DNA of 64,000 nucleotides from Acidimicrobiia bacterium (GTDB lineage: Bacteria; Actinomycetota; Acidimicrobiia; Spongiisociales; ZC4RG35). The stretch spans positions 1,952,001 through 2,016,000 of the forward strand of contig OZ244034.1 in assembly GCA_965215185.1 (NCBI GenBank), read 5' to 3'. The first letter of the stretch is position 1, and each line of letters begins with the position of its first letter. The position numbers were made by a program, and so were the translations under genes. Shown here piece by piece: positions 20,252-31,775 of the stretch. The notes under the pieces are model-generated. The model was not told where the DNA came from. It did no database searches and worked only from the letters and a program-made list of their open reading frames with translations.

Positions 20252-21919
20252 GTGGTCTTGGGAATCAGCGCCACGGCAACCGCTGCCTTGCAGAGCCCTG
20301 TGGGCGACGACGCCGCGCCTGGCTACCGGCGTGCCGGGTGGTGGACCGGCCTACGGCTGGTGGATCGCTTCGAGTCCCATGTCGCAGAGGCCCCCAACCA
20401 ACTGGCACTGGTCAGCGGCAGCGACACCCTGTCAAGGGGCGATCTCTGGAACGAAGCGGGGGAAGCCGCCGAGAAGATCCGTGCGGTCGTCGGTGACGTA
20501 AGGCGGGTCGTGGTGGTTCATCTGCCTAATTCCACCTCCTGGCTGGTGATGTTCCTGGCCGTGCTGCGGGCCGGCCACGTCCCGGCTACACCACCGGTGA
20601 CCACCGAGGTCGACCACCTGCGTCACATCTTCGAGTTGAGCAGGCCCGCTCTCGCCATATCCGTGGGCAGCCACCGGCGGGCGTTGCCAGCCGAGATCGT
20701 CCAAAAGGCCGCCACTTGTACCGATGGCGTCGCTTTGGGCCTGGCTAATCAAACATCTCTCGAAGTGCATAGCATCGGCAGCGGTCTGCAAAAGACCGAC
20801 CATGTACCCGAGGCCACTGCCCACCTCATGTTCACTTCGAGCACCACCGGGCCGCCGAAGGCTGTGAGCCATAGCGAGGACTCCCTGGCGACGCTGAACC
20901 GGCAGTTCGCGGAGCGATTCGACCTCAGTGGCCACACTCCTGTTTTCATGCCGTCTCCCCTAGGGCACAGCGTCGGGGCCATCCACGGCGCCCGACTGTC
21001 GATGTTCCTGGGCGCGCCGCTCATCCTTCAGGACGGGTGGGACCCCAGAACGGCTCTGGAGTTGGTAGCGCGTCACCGAGCGGCGTTCACCGCCGCGGCC
21101 ACGCCGTTCCTTCTCGATCTGGCCAATGCCCCATGGAGCGGTGCCGAGCCCAAGCTGGCCCCGCTCCGGACCTTCCTGTGCGGCGGCGCCCAGGTGCCGC
21201 CAGCGCTGATCCGGCGCTGCCGCAGGGAGTTCCCCGATACGTTCGTCACACCGCTTTGGGGCATGACCGAGGGCGGTCTTACCACCTGCATGGACAGTTC
21301 GTCCGCCGAGCAGGTCGAGACCACCGTAGGCATCGGGCTTCCCGGCTTGGAGCTACGAGTCCTCGACGCCGAGATGCGGCTGCAGGAGTGCGGCCCAGGC
21401 GAGCTGGTCATGCGCGGGCCCGGAGTGTTTAACGGCTACTTCGGCCAGCCCAAGCTGTATGCCGAGCACCTCGTCGGAGACGGGTTCTTCCGCACCGGCG
21501 ATCTTGCCCACATCGACGCCGACCGTTACGTATCAATCACCGGACGGGTCAAGGACCTGATTGTCCGCGGAGCGGTCAACATCTCGCCCGTAGAGACCGA
21601 GAACGCTATCGCTGCCCACCCCGACGTGGCCGGCGTGGCCGTGATCGGCTGGCCGGATGAGCGCCTCGGCGAACGCATCTGCGCTGTTGTCCAGGCCAAC
21701 GCTCCCTTGGACCTTGAACAAGTCATCGCTTTCTGCGCAGACCGAGGCCTGTCCCGCCGGTACTGGCCCGAGCGTCTTGAGTTGGTTGACGGCTTCCCCC
21801 GCACGGCGTCGGGAAAGATCCGGAAGCTGCAGCTGCGAACAGCGCTGCTCAGGCGTGTCCCCGGCGCCCCGAGCCAGACCTTCGGCAGTCGGTCACGGGC
21901 CGGGGAGACAAACCCATGA
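20252..21919 (+). CDS. AMP-binding acyl-CoA synthetase (cyclohexanecarboxylate-CoA ligase-like)
   Basis: MFTSSTTGPPK, WGMTE, FRTGD, GRVKD, PRTASGKI. Confidence 0.9.
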   Translation: MVLGISATATAALQSPVGDDAAPGYRRAGWWTGLRLVDRFESHVAEAPNQLALVSGSDTLSRGDLWNEAGEAAEKIRAVVGDVRRVVVVHLPNSTSWLVMFLAVLRAGHVPATPPVTTEVDHLRHIFELSRPALAISVGSHRRALPAEIVQKAATCTDGVALGLANQTSLEVHSIGSGLQKTDHVPEATAHLMFTSSTTGPPKAVSHSEDSLATLNRQFAERFDLSGHTPVFMPSPLGHSVGAIHGARLSMFLGAPLILQDGWDPRTALELVARHRAAFTAAATPFLLDLANAPWSGAEPKLAPLRTFLCGGAQVPPALIRRCRREFPDTFVTPLWGMTEGGLTTCMDSSSAEQVETTVGIGLPGLELRVLDAEMRLQECGPGELVMRGPGVFNGYFGQPKLYAEHLVGDGFFRTGDLAHIDADRYVSITGRVKDLIVRGAVNISPVETENAIAAHPDVAGVAVIGWPDERLGERICAVVQANAPLDLEQVIAFCADRGLSRRYWPERLELVDGFPRTASGKIRKLQLRTALLRRVPGAPSQTFGSRSRAGETNP

Positions 21920-22710
21920 CCTCGGTCGAATTGAACGACATCGTAGTCAACTACAGCCGGCGGGGCTCGGGCAAACCCGTCGTGCTGCTCCACGGGCTGG
22001 CAGAGGACCATCGCTCCTGGGACGCCGTAGCCGCCCATCTAGGTTCCTTCACCACCTTCGCGGTCGACCTTCGAGGCCACGGACGGACAACTGCCGGCCA
22101 GGGTGCGGGTACTTTGTCGCAGCTGAGCGACGACTTGATTATGTTCCTTAGAGCCGTTAGCGGTCCGGCGGCGGTCGTCGGATATTCGCTTGGCGGGACC
22201 ATTGCTCTTAGAGCCGCCACCGTCGCACCAGCTCTAATCCGGCATCTCATCGTGGTGGCCACCTCATCGGTGGTCGGGACAGCCGCAGCCAAGTTTTTCG
22301 AGAGCCGCGTCGCCCAGATAGAGGCCGGGGACTGGGCTGGCTTTGCCGCCGGTCTGTGTGACGACACATCGAAGCAGATCGTCACTGACGCGGATCTCGA
22401 CTCTCTGACCGCTCATCGGATGGTGGCGGTCGGAGACGGCCGCGGCTACATCAACGCCGCCAGAGCAATGATCGGAATCCGGGCCGAACCGGTTCATCCG
22501 CTGCTAGCAAAGATCACGGTTGCCCTCGATATCGTCGGGGCGGAAAGCGATGTCTTCTGTCCCCGCCGGGCGTCGGATATTATCGCCGATGCGGTGCCCC
22601 ATAGCCGCTTCCACGAAATCGCCGGAGCAGGTCATCTGCTCTCGGTCGACCGGCCCCGGACCTACGGCGAGCTGCTGGCTCGGCTCCTTCACGAATCGGA
22701 CACCCGATGA
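21916..22710 (+). CDS. alpha/beta hydrolase
   Basis: LLHG, DLRGHG, GYSLGG, AGH. Confidence 0.9.
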   Translation: MTSVELNDIVVNYSRRGSGKPVVLLHGLAEDHRSWDAVAAHLGSFTTFAVDLRGHGRTTAGQGAGTLSQLSDDLIMFLRAVSGPAAVVGYSLGGTIALRAATVAPALIRHLIVVATSSVVGTAAAKFFESRVAQIEAGDWAGFAAGLCDDTSKQIVTDADLDSLTAHRMVAVGDGRGYINAARAMIGIRAEPVHPLLAKITVALDIVGAESDVFCPRRASDIIADAVPHSRFHEIAGAGHLLSVDRPRTYGELLARLLHESDTR

Positions 22711-23720
22711 CACACAGGTACGGCATCTCGCTGGGGGTGAGTCCCCGGGAGCCTTTGAGCCGCACGTCCGAGCTGGCCCGGGCTATCGACGAGAGCGGCT
22801 TCGACATTCTTTGGTACATAGACTTCCAGCTCGGATTGAAAGACGTGTACGCGGCTATGAACCTAGCCGCGCTGTCCACCCAGCGGGTGCTTATCGGAGC
22901 GGGCGTCACCAACCTCATGACCCGGCACCCCACCGTCACCGCCAACGCCACGGTTGCTCTCGACGAGCTCTCCATCGGTCGGGCCGTTCTCGGTCTTGGC
23001 GCAGGCTGGTCGGCGGTGCTGGGCGCCGGAGGCAGGCCGTCAAAGCTGGGCGACCTGCGGGCCGGGATTGACGGATTCCGCCAGATGTTCACCGGCGAGG
23101 CACACGAGCTTTACGGCACCCGGGTACGCCTGGCAACCGCCGCTCGGCAGATCCCTATCTATCTCGCCGCGTCCCAGCCCGCGATGCTGCGCCTCGCTGG
23201 CGAGATCTGCGACGGTGTCGTGCTGATGGGCGCCGCCGACCCCGAATTTTGCTCGTGGCAACTCGACTTCATACACGAGGGCTTGGCGGCAGCCAGCCGT
23301 GATCGAAAGGAACTGACAATCGACCTTTTTGTCACGATGTCGGTAGGCGACAACGAGACAGGAGCCATCGAGGACATCAGAGCTTGGGCCACCAGCCAGG
23401 CAGCCACATTCCACCCGTGGAAACGAATGCCACCGGCATGGGAGAGATTCCGCCCCGAGTTCGCTCGGGCAGCCAGAGCCTACAAGCTCGTCGATCACCT
23501 ATCGCTGCAGGCCCGGCACAAGCAGATCGTATCGGACGACTTCGCCCGGTCGGTGGCGCTGGCGGGCGACTTGGACACGTGCGTGGGCCGGCTGCGCCGC
23601 CTCTGGCGACTCGACATTGACCGTATCACGTTCGCGCTCCTGTCGGGTGGGCGACAGCAGCGTCTCGCCCACCTGTCAGATACCGTGATCCCCGCCGTGG
23701 AACCAACAGGTGGAAACTGA
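22707..23720 (+). CDS. LLM-class flavin/F420-dependent oxidoreductase
   Basis: GVTNLMTRHP..LDELSIGRAVLGLGAG..LAGEICDG. Confidence 0.9.
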   Translation: MTHRYGISLGVSPREPLSRTSELARAIDESGFDILWYIDFQLGLKDVYAAMNLAALSTQRVLIGAGVTNLMTRHPTVTANATVALDELSIGRAVLGLGAGWSAVLGAGGRPSKLGDLRAGIDGFRQMFTGEAHELYGTRVRLATAARQIPIYLAASQPAMLRLAGEICDGVVLMGAADPEFCSWQLDFIHEGLAAASRDRKELTIDLFVTMSVGDNETGAIEDIRAWATSQAATFHPWKRMPPAWERFRPEFARAARAYKLVDHLSLQARHKQIVSDDFARSVALAGDLDTCVGRLRRLWRLDIDRITFALLSGGRQQRLAHLSDTVIPAVEPTGGN

Positions 23721-24481
23721 TGGCTAACGACATGCCGGTGGCGCTGGTCACTGCGGCCGCGGGAGCCGGCATCGGAGCGGAGGTGGCGCGCCGGCTCGCT
23801 TCGGACGGCTTCGACGTGGTGGTGACCGACGCCCACGAGCGCCGATGCCGGGAGTTCGCTCGAGCACTGTCCGCAAAACTCGGGCGGGACATCCTCTCTT
23901 ACCACCTCGACGTGACCGATCACGCGCAGGTGCGCGCCGTGATCGACGACGTGGTGACCCGGCGGGCCCGTCTCGACGTGCTGGTCAACAACGCGGGATG
24001 GTCGAAGATCGAGCCGGTGGCCGAGATGTCCCTGGAAACCTGGCAACGCTGCCTCGATGTGGATCTCACCGGCACGTTCGTATGCATGCGGTACGCGCTC
24101 CCCATTATGATCGCCAGCGGCGGCGGCTCGATCATCAACATCTCCTCGATCGCGGCGTGGGAGATGTCGGCCGATCACGGCGCGGCCTACTCAGCCGCCA
24201 AAGCCGGCGTCCTGGCTCTCACCCGGGTCGCGGCGGCCGAGAACGGGGTCCATGGAGTGCGCGTCAATGCCGTAGCTCCCGGCCTCATCCACAACGAATT
24301 CCTCCGCAGGATCTACCCCGACGAGTTCTTCGACCGCTACCTGTCCGACAAAGCGTTCCTGGGCCGCATAGGACGACCCGCCGATGTTGCCAGCATGGTT
24401 TCGTTCCTGGCCTCCGACGAAGCGAGCTACGTGACGGGCGAGGTGCTCACCGTCTCCGGAGGCGTCTCCGCTCGTGGATGA
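23720..24481 (+). CDS. SDR family oxidoreductase
   Basis: TAAAGAGIG, NNAG, YSAAK. Confidence 0.92.
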   Translation: MANDMPVALVTAAAGAGIGAEVARRLASDGFDVVVTDAHERRCREFARALSAKLGRDILSYHLDVTDHAQVRAVIDDVVTRRARLDVLVNNAGWSKIEPVAEMSLETWQRCLDVDLTGTFVCMRYALPIMIASGGGSIINISSIAAWEMSADHGAAYSAAKAGVLALTRVAAAENGVHGVRVNAVAPGLIHNEFLRRIYPDEFFDRYLSDKAFLGRIGRPADVASMVSFLASDEASYVTGEVLTVSGGVSARG

Positions 24482-25850
24482 CGGGCCCCTCTGGTGGCCC
24501 GTCCAGCGACTCCTCGCCGCCTACCGCGACGGATCGCTCTCGCCCGTCGAGGTTGCGGACCTGGCCCAGGCGCGCATCGCCGAGATCGATCCGATCCTCC
24601 ATGCCTTCGTCCGCGCCACCCCCGGACTGTCCCTGCGTCAGGCCGAGGCAGCCGAGGCAGCCTACCGTTCGGGTAGCCCTGGCCTTCTCGCTGGCGTCCC
24701 CGTCTCGATCAAGGACGCCTTCCACATCGAGGGTCACGTCACCACGCTAGGTTCGCTGGCCCACGCCAACGACGTGGCCCGCCACGACTCCGGCGCCGTG
24801 CGCCGCTTGCGAAGGGCCGGAGCCGTGATCGTCGGTAAGACCAATATCCCGGAGTTCTGCCAGTCGGCCACCACGGACAACCTGCTCGGTCCCGACACTG
24901 CCAACCCTTTCAACCCCGACCTCACAGCGGGAGGGTCGAGCGGCGGCGCAGCGGCCTCGGTGGCGTCGGGGGCCTGCACTCTGGCGCTCGGTTCCGACGG
25001 CGGTGGATCGATCCGTATTCCGGCGTCGTTCTGCGGCCTCGTGGGCCTGAAACCCACCTATAGAGCCATAGACGATGCCGGGGGCTTCCGGGCGTTCAGC
25101 CCGTTCATCTCCGTGGGGCCCCTGGCCCGATGCGTGGCCGACGCCCGCTACCTGTATTCCGTGCTCTCAGCCGACGGCAACGTAACCGCAGGGACGCCGG
25201 CCTGCACGGGCCCGCGTCGTGTGGCGTGGTGCGCCAACCCAGAAGGCCGTCCGGTCGACAACGGTGTGGGTGATGTGGCAATATCAGCGGTGAATAAACT
25301 CGCCGCTTGCGGGCACCACGTCAGCTGCGTGAATCTCGACCTCGGAGGATGGGAGGAAATATTCGGGCCGATCGTGCTGGCCGAGGAAGGTGAGCGCCGA
25401 GGGCACCTGCTCGACGGGCCCCACCAGTTGACAATGTACCAGGAACGGTCTCTGAGAGCGGCCAGGCAGCTCGACCAAGAGACTCTGGCCAAGGCCCGCT
25501 CGGCCCTCGCGGAGTACCGAGCTCGGGTGGATAAGTACTTCTGCGACTACGACGTGATCGTCACCCCCGCCACCGCCACCACCGCCTTCGAACTCGGCTG
25601 CCGGCCGACGACCATTGCCGGCCGACGGGTGGGGCGGCTCTGGGGGGCTTTCCCGTTCGCGGCGCCGTTCAATGTCTCCGGACATCCCGCGGTAGTGCTC
25701 CCCGCAGGATTCGTGGACGGCCTACCGGCCGCCATTCAACTGGTTGGACGCCGCGGGGCCGACCGTGACCTGCTGTCGCTTGCCGGGCAACTGGAAGCCG
25801 AGTTGAACATCCGGCCCTTTGCCCGGCTGTCGCCCCGCATCCCGGCCTGA
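24474..25850 (+). CDS. amidase signature family protein
   Basis: IKD, GKTN, GGSSGG, GSDGGGSIRIPAS. Confidence 0.93.
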   Translation: MDDGPLWWPVQRLLAAYRDGSLSPVEVADLAQARIAEIDPILHAFVRATPGLSLRQAEAAEAAYRSGSPGLLAGVPVSIKDAFHIEGHVTTLGSLAHANDVARHDSGAVRRLRRAGAVIVGKTNIPEFCQSATTDNLLGPDTANPFNPDLTAGGSSGGAAASVASGACTLALGSDGGGSIRIPASFCGLVGLKPTYRAIDDAGGFRAFSPFISVGPLARCVADARYLYSVLSADGNVTAGTPACTGPRRVAWCANPEGRPVDNGVGDVAISAVNKLAACGHHVSCVNLDLGGWEEIFGPIVLAEEGERRGHLLDGPHQLTMYQERSLRAARQLDQETLAKARSALAEYRARVDKYFCDYDVIVTPATATTAFELGCRPTTIAGRRVGRLWGAFPFAAPFNVSGHPAVVLPAGFVDGLPAAIQLVGRRGADRDLLSLAGQLEAELNIRPFARLSPRIPA

Positions 25851-26629
25851 TGAGAGACGTAACCCACAAGGTCGACGGCTCTACTCTCCTTGTAGAAATC
25901 AACCGGCCACATCGTGCCAACGCCCTACGGCGCCAGACAATTCGCGAGCTTGAAGCCGAACTCGATGCAGTCGAAGCATCCGAGTCCAACCCCACCAGAC
26001 TGCCGGGCAACTATATCAGCGGAGTGGTCATCACCGGAGGCTCCAGACGCTTCAGCGCCGGCGCGGACCTCGCCACGCTCACCGGATCGCTCGAGGATCT
26101 CAAATTTGATGATGCGCTCGACCAGCTCTGTCGCCGGATAGTCCACAGCCCGCTGCCGGTGGTTGCCGCCGTCGAGGGCGCCTGCTTCGGCGCAGCAGTG
26201 GACCTGGCGTGGGCTTGCGATGCAGTGGTGGTTTCGGAAGAGGCACGCGTCGCCCTGCCTTCCACCAGATTGGGAATCCTGTACAACCCACTGTCCGTGG
26301 CCCGCCTACATTCCCGGCTCGGTTCCCCCACCCTGCGCCGTCTCATGGTTCTCCAACAGGAATTGGCGGGCCGGGAACTCCCGCCTGGCTCGGCCATTGT
26401 GGCGCGAACCGGCGCTGCGGCTTCGACCGCCGTGCGCCTCGTGCAAGCAGTCTCCGTGGACCGCGGCGCTATGGCAGCCACCAAGGCCCTCCTTGCGTCT
26501 TTGGATAGTAAAGCCAAGTTCGACGCCGCCCCGTGGCAAGCGGAGCGAGAAGCCCTGGTGGTCTCACCCGCCCGCCGACAGTCCCTCGAGACCCGCCGGG
26601 CCTCGATCACGAGAAAGAAACGGGCATAA
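25850..26629 (+). CDS. enoyl-CoA hydratase/isomerase family
   Basis: NRPHRANA, FSAGADL, PVVAAVEGACFG. Confidence 0.9.
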   Translation: MRDVTHKVDGSTLLVEINRPHRANALRRQTIRELEAELDAVEASESNPTRLPGNYISGVVITGGSRRFSAGADLATLTGSLEDLKFDDALDQLCRRIVHSPLPVVAAVEGACFGAAVDLAWACDAVVVSEEARVALPSTRLGILYNPLSVARLHSRLGSPTLRRLMVLQQELAGRELPPGSAIVARTGAAASTAVRLVQAVSVDRGAMAATKALLASLDSKAKFDAAPWQAEREALVVSPARRQSLETRRASITRKKRA

Positions 26630-26822
26630 AACTGAAGGATCAAACCCATCTTGGGCGTCTCTCCCGTTGATTGACACCTATCCGATTCCGGCAGGAACGC
26701 CTGCGCAAACCTTCCCGTCCGTGTCCCCCACACCCGGCTAGCAGCATAGGTCCGGTTGGAAAACACCGCTCGGCGTTTCGTTTCTTGTAGTCGGGGCGAT
26801 AGCGGCGGTCGTAGGCGGGGTG

Positions 26823-29152
26823 TCAGCGATTGTCCTCTTGGTGTTCTTGGCGGCCCCTGGAGATAGAGGAGGAAACAAGACTGAGAACATATGGAGCGGT
26901 AATCGGGGTGCGGGTGATCTCTGCGATACCCAGGTCTGAAAGCGCCTCCTCGATGGCGGCGGCGATAGCGGGGGCAGGACCGATGATTCCAGCCTCGCCG
27001 GCTCCTTTGGCGCCCCACGGCATGGCCGGCGCCGGCGATTGGAAGGGCCGGACCACCATGTTCGGTATCTCGGTGGTGGTGGGCAGATGGTAGTCGAGAA
27101 ACGATGTTGACAGTGGGTGTCCCCATTCGTCGTAATGGAGCTTTTCGAGGAGTGCTCCGCCTATTCCCTGCGCTATCCCACCGACCACTTGTCCCCTGAC
27201 AATCTGGGGGTTGATAACCGTGCCGCAATCATGGGCCACGATGTACTCAAGCACCCGAACCTTGCCGGTGCCAACGTCTACGGACACAACCGCCCCGTGG
27301 GAGGCGTTGGTGTAGGTGGCGCAACCATTGAGCCTCCCATAGTCGTCGGGACGATGCTCAATGCCGGGAGGGTCGTAGGTGGCGGTCGCCTCCATACCAG
27401 GTTTCACACCTTCGGGTAGGTCGATGGTGCGGATGTTGGCTACCGTGGCGACCTCCTGCCAAGTGACTGACATCCCGGGGCTTCCGCGGACGCTGAAACA
27501 CCCGTCGTACACCTTGATGTCATCCGGCGAGGCCTCCATCAAGTGAGCCGCGATGCGGGTTGCCTTCTCCAAGAGAATGTTGGAAGCTTCCCGAAGGGCG
27601 CCCGAGGCCACGTTGGTGCTCCTGCTCCCCCAACTGCCGAGTCCGTAGGGAGTCCGGTCGGTGTCCCCCATGACGACGCGGACCTGATCGCGTCTGACAC
27701 CCAGCGCCTCTGCGGTGAGGGAGGTCAGCATGGACTCCAAGCCTTGGCCCGAGGTGGAAACGCCGACCGACACCAAAGCGGTGCCGTCGGGGTTCATCCT
27801 GATGGAGCACGAGTCGAAGGAGGTCCAGTGTCCGCTGGTCAAGTAATACGTAGGGGTTACGCCCTCGATGTAGTTGACCACACCTGATCCCAGCCGGACA
27901 TGAGGATCATGGGCGAGCCGGGCTCTCCATCGGTCAAGCCTCTCCGAGGTGAGACGAACAGTTTCCTCGAAGGCTTCGCGGTGACTCCCGGAGTCAACGA
28001 TTGCACCGGCTGACGTCGTGTAAGGCAGGTCGTCTTGGCCCATGAGGTTGCGACGTCTAATCTCGCGCCGGTGGATTCCCAGGCGGTCGGCCGCTTTATC
28101 CATCAGACGTTCGATGGCGAACGCCGCCTCCGGAATCCCGAAACCCCGGTAGGCGCCGCAGGGAGTCTTGTTGGTTGCCACCGCAATGACACCCACAGAC
28201 TGGTGGGGAATCCGGTACGGGCCGGTAATGTGGCCGATGGCGGTGAAGGCGGGCGAGAAGCCGTATGGGTACATCTCGGCAACTCCCAGGTCTTGAATGG
28301 CCATCCCTCGCACCGCCCGGAACCGTCCGTCGCCATCAACGGCGGCCTCGAGGTCGAGGATCAGGTCACGGGCGTGACAGGCGGCGATCAGATGTTCCCT
28401 CCGGTCTTCGATCCACCGCACCGGTCTTCCGAGCCTCCTGGCCAACCAGGGGATCGTGACTTCTTCTACGTAAAACTCCGCTTTGACGCCGAATCCTCCT
28501 CCCACGTCTGGGACGATTACGCGGATATCCGTCTCGTCCAGCGGGAGGCAGTACGACAGCATGGTGCGGGCGATATGAGGAAACTGGGTGGATGTCCAGA
28601 CTGTGAGCCGGCCATCCCGATACTCGGCTGCCACCCCCTTTGTCTCCATGGGCACGCCGGTATGGCGGCCAACCTCGTAACGACCGGAAACGGTCATTTT
28701 CCCCCCAAACTCGGCTAACGCTTCCGGGTTGGCAACCGGAGAGTCGATCACGATGTTGTCCGGCCACTCCGGGTATAAGAGGGGGGCCTTGGGGGCCAGC
28801 GCCTCGTCTACAGAGACGACGGGATCGAGCGGTTCGAGATCCACGGTCAGGAGGTCACGGGCGTCCTCCGCCTCATATCGGTCAGGCGCCACCACTACCG
28901 CTATAGGCGCCCCCACGTAGCGAACCTTGCCCCGAGCCAGAGGAAAGATAGCCACCGGGCGGGCATTCTTGTCGAAGTCCGGGAAGGGCGAGACATCCGT
29001 CATGTCCTCAGCGGTGAATGCCCCTTCTACCCCGAGAACCTGCAGAGCCTCGCCGGTGTCCACCCCTTCGATCAGGGCATGGGGTAACGGGCTTCTGTAG
29101 AAGACGACTTCGAGCATCCCGGGCAGGGATACGTCTGCGACGAACCGTGCTG
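26823..29152 (-). pseudogene. xanthine dehydrogenase-family Mo-binding subunit lacking its native N-terminus
   Basis: near-identical protein to 34911-37289 from ARFVADV onward; first ~24 residues replaced by unrelated sequence. Confidence 0.75.
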
Positions 29153-29416
29153 CGCCCGAGGCTGCTGAGCAGGCGCCGGTTGCTGCATCGCTCGGTGCCG
29201 GGGGAGGTAAGGTAGCATGAAATGCGGTAAGGGCTGAGAGCCTACTGGGAGCACCCGACATGAGACGACAGGCCGAACACACTGGCGGAAGGGTGGCTGT
29301 CGTGTGTGAATTTCGATCAACACAGTGAGGGTCCCATGCCACGCTGCATCCAGGAGCGGCGAAGGCCGCCCTGAACCAGATAATCGAGGTGGCTGATCAA
29401 CGAGCCTGCTTGGACG

Positions 29417-30532
29417 ATGGGAGTTGAGGAGGAATACCTCCTCGTGGATCGGGAGACCGGGGAGCTCATCTCCACCCAGCCCCATGGGCTGATGGAGAGG
29501 GTCACAGAACTTCGTTACGGACTGGTGAGCCACGAACTCTTCGACTCTCAGATCGAGATCGGTACCGGGATCTGTCACGACGTCAAACAGCTCCGCGCCG
29601 ACGTTGGCCTGTTGCGCTTGGCGGTTAGCGAGGCCGCCGAGGAGTACGGACTCGCCCCCATAGCCGCATCCACCCATCCCCTGGCAAGATGGAAGAAGCA
29701 ACGAATCACCAAGGGGGAACGCTACCAGGCCCTCACCGAAGACCTCCAGGCGGTAACACGCCGAATGATCATCTCCGGAATGCACGTGCATGTGGGGATC
29801 GAAGATCCTGAGTTGCGAATCGACCTTATGGGTCAGGCCACCTATTTCCTGCCTCATCTGCTGGCCCTATCCACTTCCTCGCCATTCTGGGAGGGGACAG
29901 ACACCGGTCTGAAGAGCTACCGCATGTCGGTATTCGGCTCTGTGCCCCGCACCGGGTTGCCTGAGAAGTTCGATTCATGGGCTGACTTCAAACAGCACGT
30001 GCATGTGCTGGTGAGAGCAGGAGTCATCGAAGACTCCAGCAAGATCTGGTGGGATATCCGACCTTCCGAACGCTACCCCACCCTGGAAATGAGGGTCACC
30101 GATCTACCCACGAGGATGGAGGATACGATAGCCATCGCCGCACTGTATGTCTGCATCCTCCGGATGCTGTGGAGGTTCAAGATGGAGAACCTGCAGTGGC
30201 GTGTCCACGCCAACTTTCTGATTGCCGAAAACCTTTGGCGCGCCCAACGCTATGGCGTGAGCGACAGGTTGATCGACCTCAGTAGGGGTACGTTGGTACC
30301 GTTCCCCGTTTTGGTAGAGGAAATCATCGAATTGGTGCAACCCGATGCTGAAGCCCTGGGATGTAAACAGGAAATAGAGCACATCCGGACGATCTGTCGA
30401 AGGGGCACATCTGCCGATCGTCAACTGGCCGTCTACAATCAGGCGCTGAATTGCGGGGCTACCGACCACGAGGCGATCAAGGCTGTGGTGGACGCCCTGA
30501 TCGCTGACACCTTGATGCCTCCCGAGGAGTGA
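29417..30532 (+). CDS. carboxylate-amine ligase (YbdK/GCS2 family)
   Basis: GVEEEYLLVD, GMHVHVG, SSPFW, WWDIRP, TLEMR. Confidence 0.92.
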   Translation: MGVEEEYLLVDRETGELISTQPHGLMERVTELRYGLVSHELFDSQIEIGTGICHDVKQLRADVGLLRLAVSEAAEEYGLAPIAASTHPLARWKKQRITKGERYQALTEDLQAVTRRMIISGMHVHVGIEDPELRIDLMGQATYFLPHLLALSTSSPFWEGTDTGLKSYRMSVFGSVPRTGLPEKFDSWADFKQHVHVLVRAGVIEDSSKIWWDIRPSERYPTLEMRVTDLPTRMEDTIAIAALYVCILRMLWRFKMENLQWRVHANFLIAENLWRAQRYGVSDRLIDLSRGTLVPFPVLVEEIIELVQPDAEALGCKQEIEHIRTICRRGTSADRQLAVYNQALNCGATDHEAIKAVVDALIADTLMPPEE

Positions 30533-30633
30533 TCCGGTTTCTAGACCCTTAGGTGGCCCAGCAGGATGCGGGTGCGGCGGATGCCCCCGACATGTCTTCA
30601 CTCCTCGCCTTCTTCGTAGCGGTTCCCGAAAAT

Positions 30634-30790
30634 CAGCGCGCCCGACGCTAAATCGCTAACACACAGAGCCATAAATCACTAAGACACTTGTGTATTGGCG
30701 GGTGGCTGTGGGCCACCCGCCCTGACCTGGGCCTCCGCAGGGGCTCCACATAGGACTCCACATTCAAACCGGGAAGGCTCCACATTTGAG
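30634..30790 (+). repeat. right-end motif joined to att-like left-end repeat (copy 4)
   Basis: TAAATCGCTAA (30649), TAAATCACTAA (30672), then TGGCGGGTGGCTGTGGGCCACC..CTGACCTG..CTCCACAT repeats. Confidence 0.75.
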
Positions 30791-30799
30791 AGTGGACTC

Positions 30800-31583
30800 A
30801 TGGGTAGGAGCGGTCAAGTTGATGCTGCTGTTTCAGCCGCCACTTCAAAGCCGCGGGCCGCCTCCATTACATCATCAATGCTCCCCTTTCCTCCCAGCCA
30901 TCCGCGGGCGGCCTCCGCCCACCGATCTCGCGCCTCCCATACATTTGGGTCTACGCTTTTACGCGTAACCTCCAATAGGGAAGCAGCCTCATCTACCCTT
31001 AGGCAAGCGCCTCTCCACTGGGCATCATCGGGTCGGTTCGTCATCACTCTTTATCAACGCCCGGTGTTAGAGGCGGACGTGGCCCTGGTGGTGGAGGGGT
31101 GGCTTCCCACGGGATGGTCCGATAGTGACCTGCGGACACTCGATCCGCTGATGCCCACTGTTCGTGCTTGGGTGGCCGAGGCGGCACCCCCCTGGCGTGG
31201 CCGGGGCGCAACGGCTGATCAGAGCAACCGCTCAAATGGTGGTATGGGCACAATGGGCACTGGGCGCGGTTGATGTCCGCACTGTGTTACACCCCGACAA
31301 TATCAACCACTGGACGATGAGCGTGAACGCCCATAAGACCGCGGGTTGGCAGGAGAACACCCGTGGGGCGTTGCGGGTTGTTGGACGGGCCGCGAATCCC
31401 GAGTGGCCACCACCCCCACCAACGGTTGGGCGTTGGGGTGTGGCTGCTCCCTACACGCAGTCCGAAGAGATAGCGTTCGTGCGGGCCTCTCGGTTGGTGG
31501 GCCGTGCCAACCGTGCTGCTCGCATGTGGATAGTGGGCGGCTCCCTAGGAGCGGGTTTTGGTACGCACGAGGGTTCCCGATGA
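30800..31583 (+). pseudogene. tyrosine-recombinase-like protein fragment (frameshift near 31190, 3' truncated)
   Basis: helical N-domain, then APYTQSEE..LGAGFGTHE resembling the start of an integrase catalytic domain (G-x-R-x-x-E with R replaced). Confidence 0.45.
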
Positions 31584-31775
31584 CCTGACGGGTCATCACC
31601 AACCCTGTGAACTACCGAGGCTCACCAGGAGCCTGCTGGTCAAAATCGTGCCTCATCCAACGCCGCCGACAGTACCCGCAGCTGACGGCCCATCACCGCC
31701 AGAGGAAAGGCAGCCCCGGTCTCTTGTCTGTGCGGCTTGTTCGCTAGGGTGGGAAGAGATGCGAGACCAGTCGGC

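Noticed and set aside
26011-27228. 405-aa minus-strand ORF, and similar long shadow ORFs such as 1044-2018, 23845-24750 and 36102-37058
   Set aside because: They overlap well-supported genes in other frames; typical high-GC shadow ORFs.
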